This document shows, piece by piece, positions 55,201 to 64,000 of a stretch of DNA of 64,000 bases. Under the pieces are notes generated by a model that worked only from the letters and a program-made list of their open reading frames with translations, had not been told where the DNA came from and did no database searches. Where the stretch lies: assembly GCA_001643675.2 (NCBI GenBank), contig LSRY02000015.1, forward strand, positions 1,550,001-1,614,000, read 5' to 3'. The translations under genes were made by a program, and so were the position numbers. The stretch is from Monocercomonoides exilis PA203 (taxonomy: Eukaryota; Protista; Preaxostyla). How positions within the stretch are numbered: position 1 is the stretch's first letter; each line of letters opens with the position of its first letter.

Positions 55201-58200
55201 GCTAATATCCACAACATTCATGGAAGCGAATGAACCAGCAGCATTGATTCCATCAAGAGAAATCAATGGGCGATTCCCAATGGTCAAGGACAAGACATTC
55301 AACGATGAAACTGAAACATCGCCTTCCGTTGCTGATAAAAACACATAAGACAACGCTGATTGGGGATCTTGAAATGACAGCGAGCAGCCATCAAGGGAAA
55401 ATAACTGTGAGGTGGAACAGAAGAATGCTTCGTGGTTTGGAAGAGCAGATGGAACAGAGAAAACAAGTGAACTCACATTCGTATTTGCACCAACAATTAT
55501 CATGCTTCCGTCACTTCCATTCGGATCGTTGCTCATCTCCCATCCACTGTTTTCATCTTTTCCCCTGATTGTGTGTTGGAAGGAGTTGAATATCAGCTCA
55601 TTTTTCAGTTCAATCATCCCATCGACAACAATCTTCTTTTCACTAATTTGCCTTGTCAGAGAATGCTTCAGAGTCAGACAGGGAAACTCGGCAAACCCAC
55701 AACGAGAATGATCAAATGCATCAACATTGCTCACAATGATCTCATTTGGCAAAGGAATCAAATAAACACAAAGTGGAATTGGAATCGAATCATTTCCATT
55801 ATCATACCCTTGTATCGTGCTCTTTGTGTCAAACGAAGCAGTCAATGAAGTGATTTTCCCACCTTTTGCTGTTGTTTCCAGATCGACTGAGTCAACAAAA
55901 ATGTCACTTCCCCATTTGGCTCTGTTCCCTTCAAGTGCTGATGAAATCTGAAACTCTGCATTTATATTTCTCACTTTCAGCCCAATCCCTCCTCCTCTCC
56001 CTTGGATGGTTGAGGCATAACAGTTTCTCACAACACCTCCATTCATCGTCAATAAACCAACATTCCCCACTTCAACCATCATCCCTCCTCCAAACTCAGA
56101 GTCTTCACTCCCACAGCCATCAAGTGTGCATCCATAAAGAGTTATTGAATATGACCCTTCACCCACACTCATCAGCGATGATCCTGCTGTTGTCCTCGCA
56201 ATGTTGCTGAATGTGCAGTTATCCAGAGACAATGAAACTGAAGATCCTTGAGAAAATGAGATCACACTTGTGGTGCTGAATGTTTGTCCCCATCTCACAT
56301 CTTTCATTTTCAAACTTCCCCCTTCCATATTCACAAGTGAGTTCTGAATGCTCCTCTCTTCTGAATGATCTGCATCCATCGATATGTTCAATCTCTCCAA
56401 ATTGATCCCTCCAGCCCCTTGAATCTCAAACAGTTTGCTTCTTCGATTATTTTCAAATGATGAATTGTGAACCACAGACAGATCACTCACAGCCAACTCC
56501 CCTGCTCCAACGCAAAACAGACTCATTCCATTTCCCTCAAATTGTGTTTCAATAGCTGAGCCAGGTGATGATTCTCCCTTCACAGAGATTGCTTTATCTC
56601 CAATATCAACTCCTTTGCCTTCCACAACTGTTCCACTCAACACCTTGATTTCCTCCACAAATCCAGAAATCATTTGAGTCTGACAATGACTCACAGTTGC
56701 ACAAGGATGAGTTTGATCAAGTCCACAAAAATATGAATCTTTCCCCTTGTTATCATTTGATGAAAATTTCACGTATCTAATTCTCCCTCCATCATTTTTC
56801 AACCATTCACTTTTATCATCTGCAATTGACCAACTATTTGAAACTCTGTTGTTTGTTGTCCTTGTTGTGAAACATGTTGAATCTACTTGATTTTGAACTG
56901 CGTCAATAAGAATAATATCATGGCCTACAGTCCGAGCAATATTATTATGAAAAAAACAACAAAACAGTTGGACTTCTTTTTGATTCAGCGTGTTATATAT
57001 GTATATCCCTCCTGCACCATATTTTGAAATACAATTCAAAAAACAACAAGAAACACAACACTTTTTGATATTGCACAAAACAACATCACATCCACCTCCA
57101 GCAGAACTTGCTTCATTGTTTCCGCTGCAATTGTCAAACAAACATTCAATAAGGCATTCATTTTGTTTTTGACAAACGCAGTACCAAATACTTATCCCAC
57201 CTCCATCATTTCCTGACAAACAATTTTTGAAAAGACAATTCGAAAAGATAACCTGTGAGAGAATTTGGTGGCAACAAGCACCTCCTCCTCCACTATCTCC
57301 TTCGAGTATGGCACTTGTGCAGTTGTTGAATATGCTGTTGTTGGTTGAAATCTCTGATACACTCTTTGCAAAGATTCCTCCTCCTAATGATTTTGTTGCT
57401 TTGCAATTCGAAAATGAAGAATTGAGAACTGTGAGAATTGCATCTGGATTGTCGTGCACATAAAGTGCCCCTCCACAATCAGCTGTTTCATTGATCCATT
57501 CACTCAACTTGAAAAATTGTGTTTCAGTTGAATTGAATCTATTTCTTTTGGTCAACGAATTTTCGATTCTCATATTATTTATGAATGATGAATTTGTTGA
57601 TGAAAATGAAGAAGAATGTACAGTTCCACAAATGACTCCTCCTTGAAGTCCATTTGTTGAATCGCATATTTGACAATTGTCAAGAACACTTTTCAAGGTT
57701 CCGAGTTTAATTCTTTCATTATTTGTCTTATGATATTGAGTGATGTTGAAAAAGGAACATTTTAAAATTTCTTCATAATTGCAACATCCAGAATGAAGAA
57801 TGCTTCCACAATTCAAAATTACATTGTTGCTGAATGTTGATTCAGATAATCTCAGTGAGGCTGTGAGCGACGTTGAAGAAAGGCTGCTCATTTGTTGATA
57901 TTTAAGAGACCGATATGAAACATTGAAGAGATTGAATAAGCCAAGACAATGAACAGGTGAAACACTCATCTTTTCTGATACAACAATTGTGATATGTTCA
58001 AACTCACACTTTGAGAAAGTATCTATTGACATTGAAGGTTTGGATCCTAACGATTTTATTCTTAATGACAATGCAATCATTGATGCATTTGTCTCTATCA
58101 TCGATGATTTGATTTCAGTCTGATCTCTACTGTTTTTGATTGACATCAAGTCAAGATTAGTAATCTTGCTAGCAAAATCGAAATCTTCCTGTTCTTTACC

Positions 58201-58377
58201 AAAGAATAATTCCTCTGTTCTTATTAATTGTGAATCTGTTTTTCTTGTTTGAATGTCATCATTCAACAAAGAGAAACTCTTCTGAGCTTTATTCATTTCA
58301 ATACCATTAACAAAGGATTGAAAAGAATGAATCATTAAAAAGAATGCAATAACAGTCCATTTTTTAGAAACAATCAT
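49276..58377 (-). CDS. Giant intronless type-I membrane protein (3033 aa): signal peptide, Cys/Gly-rich Pmp-like beta-helix modules, TM helix, kinase C-lobe remnant
   Basis: Hydrophobic N-terminus. Many GGG(I/L/M)/GGAL and F.NC repeats. Five CG...(P/A)C module heads. TM segment WQIIVIVCVVFVVLLLVVIVVLAVRWRK. Tail LRWKAPEL, VFSIGMMLWECLT..IPF, RP. Confidence 0.9.
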   Translation of the reverse strand: MIVSKKWTVIAFFLMIHSFQSFVNGIEMNKAQKSFSLLNDDIQTRKTDSQLIRTEELFFGKEQEDFDFASKITNLDLMSIKNSRDQTEIKSSMIETNASMIALSLRIKSLGSKPSMSIDTFSKCEFEHITIVVSEKMSVSPVHCLGLFNLFNVSYRSLKYQQMSSLSSTSLTASLRLSESTFSNNVILNCGSILHSGCCNYEEILKCSFFNITQYHKTNNERIKLGTLKSVLDNCQICDSTNGLQGGVICGTVHSSSFSSTNSSFINNMRIENSLTKRNRFNSTETQFFKLSEWINETADCGGALYVHDNPDAILTVLNSSFSNCKATKSLGGGIFAKSVSEISTNNSIFNNCTSAILEGDSGGGGACCHQILSQVIFSNCLFKNCLSGNDGGGISIWYCVCQKQNECLIECLFDNCSGNNEASSAGGGCDVVLCNIKKCCVSCCFLNCISKYGAGGIYIYNTLNQKEVQLFCCFFHNNIARTVGHDIILIDAVQNQVDSTCFTTRTTNNRVSNSWSIADDKSEWLKNDGGRIRYVKFSSNDNKGKDSYFCGLDQTHPCATVSHCQTQMISGFVEEIKVLSGTVVEGKGVDIGDKAISVKGESSPGSAIETQFEGNGMSLFCVGAGELAVSDLSVVHNSSFENNRRSKLFEIQGAGGINLERLNISMDADHSEERSIQNSLVNMEGGSLKMKDVRWGQTFSTTSVISFSQGSSVSLSLDNCTFSNIARTTAGSSLMSVGEGSYSITLYGCTLDGCGSEDSEFGGGMMVEVGNVGLLTMNGGVVRNCYASTIQGRGGGIGLKVRNINAEFQISSALEGNRAKWGSDIFVDSVDLETTAKGGKITSLTASFDTKSTIQGYDNGNDSIPIPLCVYLIPLPNEIIVSNVDAFDHSRCGFAEFPCLTLKHSLTRQISEKKIVVDGMIELKNELIFNSFQHTIRGKDENSGWEMSNDPNGSDGSMIIVGANTNVSSLVFSVPSALPNHEAFFCSTSQLFSLDGCSLSFQDPQSALSYVFLSATEGDVSVSSLNVLSLTIGNRPLISLDGINAAGSFASMNVVDISSTGNSVLFGVANGASLTSEDSTLSVKASSQTDLPSGSIRVISTNSAKMLKLTNNTMSGFKGDGGDGGAMECTLGRDCSLEIVGGTMSGCESNGGNGGGLWVEMEEGSSFTVGNMTDADSARAIFPNDESDLFELASCKATQNTGGEHGHGGGIYLHLDDGASSFILRDVSFSGCDAREGKEMFINAHELTSVISRRSMGFEVDLNNFTKLNGFERSTLNEAFAIPLVVYLWDNFSGSAFVGGGSLGHDFSMCGYESFPCSTITKAASVHFEGKKKDITIFESFAFEDELSLRTDEWNVKAKQNEMKCEVADLTEGTQSGLIENSVSVSMTGIVFSLIQSLSYHESVFGCCSGKLTLNKCGMEGGIEALSTVFVKAVGGAVEVSEFGSRNMRIGDSSFFVVEGSINSRPLMNMTNSDFGEITFGNGCVVECHKGIIEETSGCSFSSITRSKGSGGCISIMNGHDGSDCKVEINDCTFEGCAVEEEGNEIGGGALFYEASANTNLLMNKCKFYSCTAPHDWVAVGYGGGIMLSLLSESGEADFVISSPTFSSDKPNNAKFGKDLFASSPALISSIKNETLPFVKDRLEILTEDSMRGYDGGNRECAIPLIYFWKEVGTSVHVAREGNNVVVCGLLEYPCGSVDYGLKRGSGLGIGSIAIQGTCDVRNEMSVSGMRLEGTNGETDKIQFVKAIEGDKDAVVECKGVVQFKEVGILIPSAFDNEANILIQTCIDSIKTSIAGCSIRMSDNAEGELTFVLISASKGIVSIEKTNIAGFSTMHEIMSISVRSVITMSDVSFEEISLSGKSAIVMNENEIPENGNDNAEEEWNVLFEQCSFVNVKNTVSNNPSFLFCDMQNEMRLKMENSTIDGCGSTSSNEGGGMFFLLNERGRLEMNHTNVTDCFCSNNGRGGGLFLKTQSVAKKSLSFVLSNITFKENVALKGRDVFVKCTDLDSQISESQFLINFGEPFVKELAIWGCTSDDYGDEEDLLGRVYVFRSEFIFVSSIVGNSSNSKNCGEMKGACSSLNVGVSHIIPSDYSQLLIWNETTLTGSCLAQKVTIKSMEASRNAEIKVNEMSLAGDGVVTTSESVRIEKVSFVFGVMQNVVCSCLIHQANGSLILESVSFLSESGSLVNSQTLFDFSLIVVENGIFEADRCSIGCLKFSKSMFQILCSERATFEDLTACNVQCTSSVIECGKSEKVIISKLAVTNISLQNESLISFENGHSSLVLSLALSSFSNISRLSSGPSIICTAQHMTNFEMCNCSFHKCTSESSKGSQVAIALTENVLVDSCTFEGNLADNTEEINGVSNKICQWNGSVVDFSKSSAMMKDTTISNSPEGGITMSGGNVIIEKGEFINSNPSIERYPSLRRNIICSNSGTLNVMSLKGGDGLMPNSSLWILNDGCSFEGIVSERASPFFIPVLESIEANEKGAEMEIVFKGKLLLPCNLSFMVVKQIGDEKQIEKFEFDESGYVSETEVEGRLAREAISEAGDEAEVRVSILFGDAKNPSSTDPFILKNRSEPKANGDERIVEGGKKEMSMWQIIVIVCVVFVVLLLVVIVVLAVRWRKVKERNEELQEIVNDNIRKDPKAFEMVTMEMSPEERWKRAEMEDEKKNEERMKKRIYEKSLGHSESSEHLLSESGSTEYILGKDSDKIPQWMLEKDEEEEIRKQTASPSISSTCSTDSDSTFVRGRICAQPRHQCQILWMRWPVHLPHEKLIVDLRDSLFMLLHGLNKTKEMAIGTLKEREQTAAQILFWVANLALHSFDEMENPLQSLNNLSPHIILFSEHMVICIVMHSDLLSDNSDSSSISSSTVVTSASNDESDSLPSSAFEDDEDNRKECLRWKAPELLNGTKKHATKKTVVFSIGMMLWECLTLHIPFGDYEAETAGEKIKNGERPNMGVIETSSFGETTKACVMLQAKSRPTLVELKREFFGHFPAEMVVVTASDAIDDENVSDIGRGSDVGSSSFCDSSYL
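55572..56676. repeat. Left arm of a long near-perfect inverted repeat (partner 62896-64000, running off the window)
   Basis: Position x pairs with 119572-x. The antisense ORFs 55573-55848/63724-63999 are identical, and 55866-56210/63362-63706 differ by one residue. Confidence 0.95.
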
Positions 58378-59967
58378 TGTTATTTTTTGGCTTATGGTTC
58401 TTGTCCAGTTGTCAATGATCTCTTATCCCATAAATAATAAAATTTTTATTATTTTTTTAGGTATCAAAAACAATCTTCAATGGAATTGTTTGACTCAAAA
58501 AGACAATTCAACTTGAAAACCTGTTTCTCATCAAAAATGCATTTCTTTTAATAGATTCAAAAACAATAAATTTGAGAAAATTGTTTATATGTTCTTGTTT
58601 CCACAATTTTTGTGAATATATAAATATATATATAAATATATTAAATGGAAAACCGAATCCTTTGAAGAACAACGCAATTTTCTTAAAAAAATCAAAGATT
58701 CGAAAAACAAGTTGTGAAGTTTTTATAAAACAATCTTTAAATCCTTAATAAAAATTTTCGTTCAACAAATCAAGAAAATTTATTATCTGTTTTTGTGTAT
58801 TTTCAGAAAGAAGATAATCACCTTGTTTTTTTTTATTTTTGTTTTTATTTTCATTTTTTATTTTCATTTATTTTTTATTTTTTATTTAATTTTTTTTTTT
58901 TTGAATTATCAGTTTTGTTATATCGATTGTGATAAACGATTTATTTTATGAGCAAAAACAAACATATGATATTCATGAACGAAAAAAAAGGTTACGCTTT
59001 CATTAATATCAAATTTTTTGTGAATCTTGTTTGAGATATTTTTGAATAAAAAAAAGCTAATAATCTATACTCACCTTGCTGATTCGATTGATTAAATTTC
59101 CTTTTTGCTGGGGGATTTTATTTTTCAATAAAGTTTCACATCAAATATTTCAAATCTTCTTTTCTTTTCAAAAAAAGACAAATACTATTCAGCAATTAAT
59201 TAAAACAAGCAATGATGTTCAAACATAAGGATATTTGTGAAAAATGAATCAAAAAGTAATTATTTTGTTCATTGAATAAGATATATTTTTTTCAACTTTT
59301 CAAATAAATTGAATCATAACATTAATAATGTTTTTTTCATTTTTGACTCTTTTGATATAATTCTTTATTATTAACTTTCAATTTGTTTCGAACAAAGTTC
59401 GTTATTAAATTGTTTATAAAAACAGAAATTCAGGAATATCATTCGAATAACATATAATAGGAACCAAAATATTTTCAACAAAATTAGAATTGTCATTCAA
59501 AATGTATTTATTCTATGTCAAAGTTGAAACACTGAAAAGAATTCATTTTCACATTTCAGTAAACATGAATGGTTTTTATTCTCAATTTTGTAACAATAAA
59601 TTACTGGTTTTGTTTATCAAATGTTCATTTTTTCGATGAAAGCAACAATTCATCTTTCTCAAGAAAAACAGAAAATACTTATTATTTCTTGAAAAGTTCC
59701 TTTGTGTTTTTGTCATGAGAAAATAAAAATTGAGTATTGAAATCAAATTTTCATTCCAACATATCAAAATAATATGGGTTATTCATTTTGAAAAGTCTCG
59801 AATGTTTGATATCCGAGTATAATAAATATGTTCATTTTTTTCATCATTTTTTAAGTTGTTGATCCATCAAATTTCTCCACAATGCATTGATACTCATATC
59901 AAATAAACATGTGGTTTCTAATTAGCAAAATGATAGAGATTGATTATTCAATTGCAGAAAATAATAA

Positions 59968-60220
59968 GGCAAGTGGAGTAGATCCTGGTACCAAGATGAT
60001 CCTACCCACTATTTATATCATTATCAAAGTTAAAAATCTCTTCTAGGGTTAACCCTAACCCTAAATTTGCTCCGTAAAACCCTAAACCACCACAATATCC
60101 AATATGAACTAGTTAAATTAGTCTTAACCCTAAAACCTAATAAACACAATAAGAATGAATTACAAAATTTTATTAATTAAGGGAGTTGATCATGAGGTAC
60201 CAGGATCTTCTCCATTTGCC
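59968..60220. mobile_element. 253-bp MITE, Merlin-type (GG termini, ~40-bp TIRs, 8-bp TSD), containing telomere-like repeats
   Basis: TIRs ggcaagtggagtagatcctggtaccaagatgatc and (rc) ggcaaatggagaagatcctggtacctcatgatc. TSD aataataa at 59960-59967 and 60221-60228. Internal ccctaa units. Confidence 0.88.
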
Positions 60221-61308
60221 AATAATAAAGAAAAATACATTTTTGTTAAACCAGAAAAAAAACATCTGCGACTTTTCAAAAAGATTAACACATTGGAGAT
60301 GTTCTTTTATTTTTCAATGGACTTTATTTCATTTAAATAATTAAAGCAATAGGATATTTAAATTTTAATCTTGAGATTAGTGTGAATATGAGTGAGAAAA
60401 CATATTATTTGCTTTGTTCAAAAAAATCTTGAAAATTTTTATATTAACATGATTCGTGAATTCTGTTTCTTTCTTTCTTTCTTTATTTTAATGATAAATG
60501 AAATGGAATAGCAACGTATTTCAGTGTTGTTCACATGACGTTTAGAATATGATATCCTTGAATTTAAAAAGAGTTCAAAAAGATTTGCAAACAATAATTT
60601 TCAAAAGTGACTAAGAAATGCGTAATACTCAAGATAAATTTTGAAATAACTCGAAACATAATTAAATGTTAAAGATTGTTTTGCAAGATTTATGTCTTTA
60701 TTTTTTAAAATAAAGAAAGAAAAATAGTCCAAAATGGACAAAACAAATGATCAAAAACAAATTGAAAATTCTTTTTATTTATGTCAAAAACAAAAATTTG
60801 TTACATAATTATCTTTTTGAACGTTAAATACGTGTGCAGCCTTTGTTCAATACATATTATAAATTCATAGTTTATAATAATCACATCCTCCATATAAAAA
60901 ATGTTCTGATGAAAAACTATTTCAGGACAAAAAACCACCAATTGCTTTATTGTTTATTTCAATTTCATTTTTAAACATATTTCAAATGAAAATATTTCTT
61001 TTTATTGCCATTCTCCTTTTCAATGAGAGGAAAATCCTCCATAAGGAACATATTGTTGGAAATGTCCTCAAGAGGTTGATATTCCTCATCCAGATTGAAT
61101 AAAATAAAATCAAATTAATTTTTGAGTGATGAAAAAGAAAACACAATCTTTAATATCAGAATAGAATTATTCTCAGAAGGCAGAGCATTATGAACAACCA
61201 TCGATAAAGCAAATGAAAGAAAGACAGGAATAATTAATATTTATCACAATTCGAAATTATTATTGAATTTAATAAAAATATGGTTAATAATGACCCATAA
61301 TAATTCAT

Positions 61309-64000
61309 ATGATAATGATTCTTTTGATTTTGGCCGAGTGCTTGCGTTTGACATTTTGTGGCACAGATATAAATGGAACACAGAGGAATGGACATCTCGT
61401 TGATTATGTTCCTACTCAGTCTGAAAGTCATATTTTGGAGAAAGGGAGTGTTGTTCAGCTATTCTGCGAAATCCATAACTCATCAGTCGAATTGAAGAAA
61501 ACAATGTTGGAAAAGGCAGATGATAACATGGCATTTGATGTTGGAGCAAAATCATTCCTGCACCTTGATGACTGTATGTTGATGAGAAAAAGAGGTTTCA
61601 ATGAACATTTTTTCTTCATTGAAGGAACATGTGAATTGACAAACACCACTTTGAACATCGAGAAAAGAGACAATAATTGTGAGTTGATGACAAGTCTTGT
61701 AAAGATGGAAGGAGAAGATGCATCGTTGCTTGTGAGAAACAGTGAGTGGAAGAACATTGCGTTTTGTGGGAGTGGAAGCATTTTGAGAAATGGAGAAGGG
61801 TCATTTGAGGGAATCAAAAACTGTGCTTTTTCAAACATCTCAATGAAATTCATGGAAACAGATGAAATTTTGACTGAGAAAGTGCCAATGATGAAAACGA
61901 GTTCAATGGAAGATTGCCGAGTTGAAAGTTCGATGAATGTGCTGGAAGGAGGGATTGTGAGTGGAACAGAAGGATCCATTGCATTTTCTTGTAACAATTG
62001 CACATTCCTTCACAACGAAAGGGCGGATTGGAGAGTGGGAAATACAGAAAGAAATTCAACAACTCAAACACAGATATACAAGAATGCTGAATGGAATGAA
62101 TGCTCAGCTCCGTGTGGTGGAGCACTGTATGTGCATGACAATTCGAGTGCAATATTAACGGTTGAGAATTCATCTTTTGTGAAATGCAATGCAACTGAAA
62201 CAAGAGGAGGAGGAATATTTGCTTTGAAAATTGCCGAATGCACAATGAAGCATTCAAAATTTATCGAGTGTTATTGCCTTGCATCATCCAACTGTGGAGG
62301 AGCTGAAGCAGAAATAGACGGTATTTCTATTCAAGTGTTTGTTGAAAATTGCATTTTCAGAGATGGATGGTCTGAAAATGATGCAGGTGGTCTTGGAATA
62401 TGGAGATCAAAAACATTAAATACGAAAGATTGCGTTTTGGATTGTTTTTTTCTGAATTGCAGTGTTCATAATTCGACAGACTCTGATGGAGGAGGATTGA
62501 TGAACTGGGATGCAGCTGACGAAGTCATTACAAAAAATTGTTTGTTTCAACAATGCTATTCACCAAACCATGGAGGAGCCATAAGCATTTGGACAAAAGG
62601 AAAAAATGGAATTCTTTTGTGGTTTTGCTTTTTCCATGATAATAGTTCTCCTCAAGGAACTGATATTTATGTTGCAGATAAATCTACTGATTCACAACTT
62701 GCTTGGTGTTTTTCAACTGAAACTGAAGGAATGAGATATTATGTAGGTGGAATAGATAAAAGTGATTGGCTTCCAAACACAGAAGGGAGAATAAGATTTG
62801 TTTCTTCAACCCAAATTCAGCCAAAAGCAAAAGACACTTTCAGCTGTGGATTGAATGAAAGTTGTGCATGCCTCACCATCAGCCATTGCCTTTCCCAAAT
62901 GATTTCTGGATTTGTGGAGGAAATCAAGGTGTTGAGTGGAACAGTTGTGGAAGGCAAAGGAGTTGATATTGGAGATAAAGCAATCTCTGTGAAGGGAGAA
63001 TCATCACCTGGCTCAGCTATTGAAACACAATTTGAGGGAAATGGAATGAGTCTGTTTTGCGTTGGAGCAGGGGAGTTGGCTGTGAGTGATCTGTCTGTGG
63101 TTCACAATTCATCATTTGAAAATAATCGAAGAAGCAAACTGTTTGAGATTCAAGGGGCTGGAGGGATCAATTTGGAGAGATTGAACATATCGATGGATGC
63201 AGATCATTCAGAAGAGAGGAGCATTCAGAACTCACTTGTGAATATGGAAGGGGGAAGTTTGAAAATGAAAGATGTGAGATGGGGACAAACATTCAGCACC
63301 ACAAGTGTGATCTCATTTTCTCAAGGATCTTCAGTTTCATTGTCTCTGGATAACTGCACATTCAGCAACATTGCGAGGACAACAGCAGGATCATCGCTGA
63401 TGAGTGTGGGTGAAGGGTCATATTCAATAACTCTTTATGGATGCACACTTGATGGCTGTGGGAGTGAAGACTCTGAGTTTGGAGGAGGGATGATGGTTGA
63501 AGTGGGGAATGTTGGTTTATTGACGATGAATGGAGGTGTTGTGAGAAACTGTTATGCCTCAACCATCCAAGGGAGAGGAGGAGGGATTGGGCTGAAAGTG
63601 AGAAATATAAATGCAGAGTTTCAGATTTCATCAGCATTTGAAGGGAACAGAGCCAAATGGGGAAGTGACATTTTTGTTGACTCAGTCGATCTGGAAACAA
63701 CAGCAAAAGGTGGGAAAATCACTTCATTGACTGCTTCGTTTGACACAAAGAGCACGATACAAGGGTATGATAATGGAAATGATTCGATTCCAATTCCACT
63801 TTGTGTTTATTTGATTCCTTTGCCAAATGAGATCATTGTGAGCAATGTTGATGCATTTGATCATTCTCGTTGTGGGTTTGCCGAGTTTCCCTGTCTGACT
63901 CTGAAGCATTCTCTGACAAGGCAAATTAGTGAAAAGAAGATTGTTGTCGATGGGATGATTGAACTGAAAAATGAGCTGATATTCAACTCCTTCCAACACA
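61309..64000 (+). CDS. Second member of the giant beta-helix surface-protein family (partial, runs off the window)
   Basis: ATG at 61309 (MIMILLILAECLRLTFCG, signal-like). The frame appears open to the window end, which explains its absence from the ORF track. Contains CGGALYVHDN..AILTV.NSSF. Near-identical to the 3033-aa gene from 62896 on. Confidence 0.88.
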   Translation, partial: MIMILLILAECLRLTFCGTDINGTQRNGHLVDYVPTQSESHILEKGSVVQLFCEIHNSSVELKKTMLEKADDNMAFDVGAKSFLHLDDCMLMRKRGFNEHFFFIEGTCELTNTTLNIEKRDNNCELMTSLVKMEGEDASLLVRNSEWKNIAFCGSGSILRNGEGSFEGIKNCAFSNISMKFMETDEILTEKVPMMKTSSMEDCRVESSMNVLEGGIVSGTEGSIAFSCNNCTFLHNERADWRVGNTERNSTTQTQIYKNAEWNECSAPCGGALYVHDNSSAILTVENSSFVKCNATETRGGGIFALKIAECTMKHSKFIECYCLASSNCGGAEAEIDGISIQVFVENCIFRDGWSENDAGGLGIWRSKTLNTKDCVLDCFFLNCSVHNSTDSDGGGLMNWDAADEVITKNCLFQQCYSPNHGGAISIWTKGKNGILLWFCFFHDNSSPQGTDIYVADKSTDSQLAWCFSTETEGMRYYVGGIDKSDWLPNTEGRIRFVSSTQIQPKAKDTFSCGLNESCACLTISHCLSQMISGFVEEIKVLSGTVVEGKGVDIGDKAISVKGESSPGSAIETQFEGNGMSLFCVGAGELAVSDLSVVHNSSFENNRRSKLFEIQGAGGINLERLNISMDADHSEERSIQNSLVNMEGGSLKMKDVRWGQTFSTTSVISFSQGSSVSLSLDNCTFSNIARTTAGSSLMSVGEGSYSITLYGCTLDGCGSEDSEFGGGMMVEVGNVGLLTMNGGVVRNCYASTIQGRGGGIGLKVRNINAEFQISSAFEGNRAKWGSDIFVDSVDLETTAKGGKITSLTASFDTKSTIQGYDNGNDSIPIPLCVYLIPLPNEIIVSNVDAFDHSRCGFAEFPCLTLKHSLTRQISEKKIVVDGMIELKNELIFNSFQH

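Noticed and set aside
60044-60140. Telomere-telomere chromosome fusion scar
   Set aside because: There are only a few units and they lie inside a TIR/TSD-bounded element, so the MITE explains them better.
61213-61308. Earlier start codon or pseudogenised 5' end for the second receptor gene
   Set aside because: Upstream ATGs hit stops quickly or are out of frame. ATG 61309 gives a signal-like peptide and an open frame.

Overview
This is eukaryotic genomic DNA: AT-rich intergenic tracts, short GT-AG introns clustered at 5' ends, and long poly-Ser/poly-Glu exons. The gene style and the giant beta-helix receptor family suggest an oxymonad such as Monocercomonoides (inference). The core (3.1-46 kb) holds intron-containing housekeeping-type genes: a CNNM/DUF21-CBS transporter, two inverted paralogs of an unknown coiled-coil protein, a GH47 alpha-1,2-mannosidase, an ACL4-like TPR protein, a WDR20/DMWD-like WD40 protein, a TBC1D31-like protein, a CIPK/SnRK3-like kinase, a Ser-rich unknown and beta-COP. 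The ends are repeat-rich and carry three DNA-transposon elements: a TA-flanked foldback element (245-1090) whose empty site is visible elsewhere in the window, a decayed Merlin/ISXO2 transposon (46821-48214), and a 253-bp Merlin-type MITE with an 8-bp TSD and internal telomere-like repeats. The best candidate for a new system is at 49-64 kb. Two giant, apparently intronless surface-protein genes lie head-to-head; the complete one has a signal peptide, Pmp-like beta-helix modules, a TM helix and a kinase C-lobe remnant. Their N-terminal ~530-570 aa are strongly diverged, then the DNA becomes near-identical at a sharp module boundary. This variable-tip/constant-stalk arrangement inside a long inverted repeat is compatible with gene-conversion or inversion-based diversification. 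All comparisons were made by eye.
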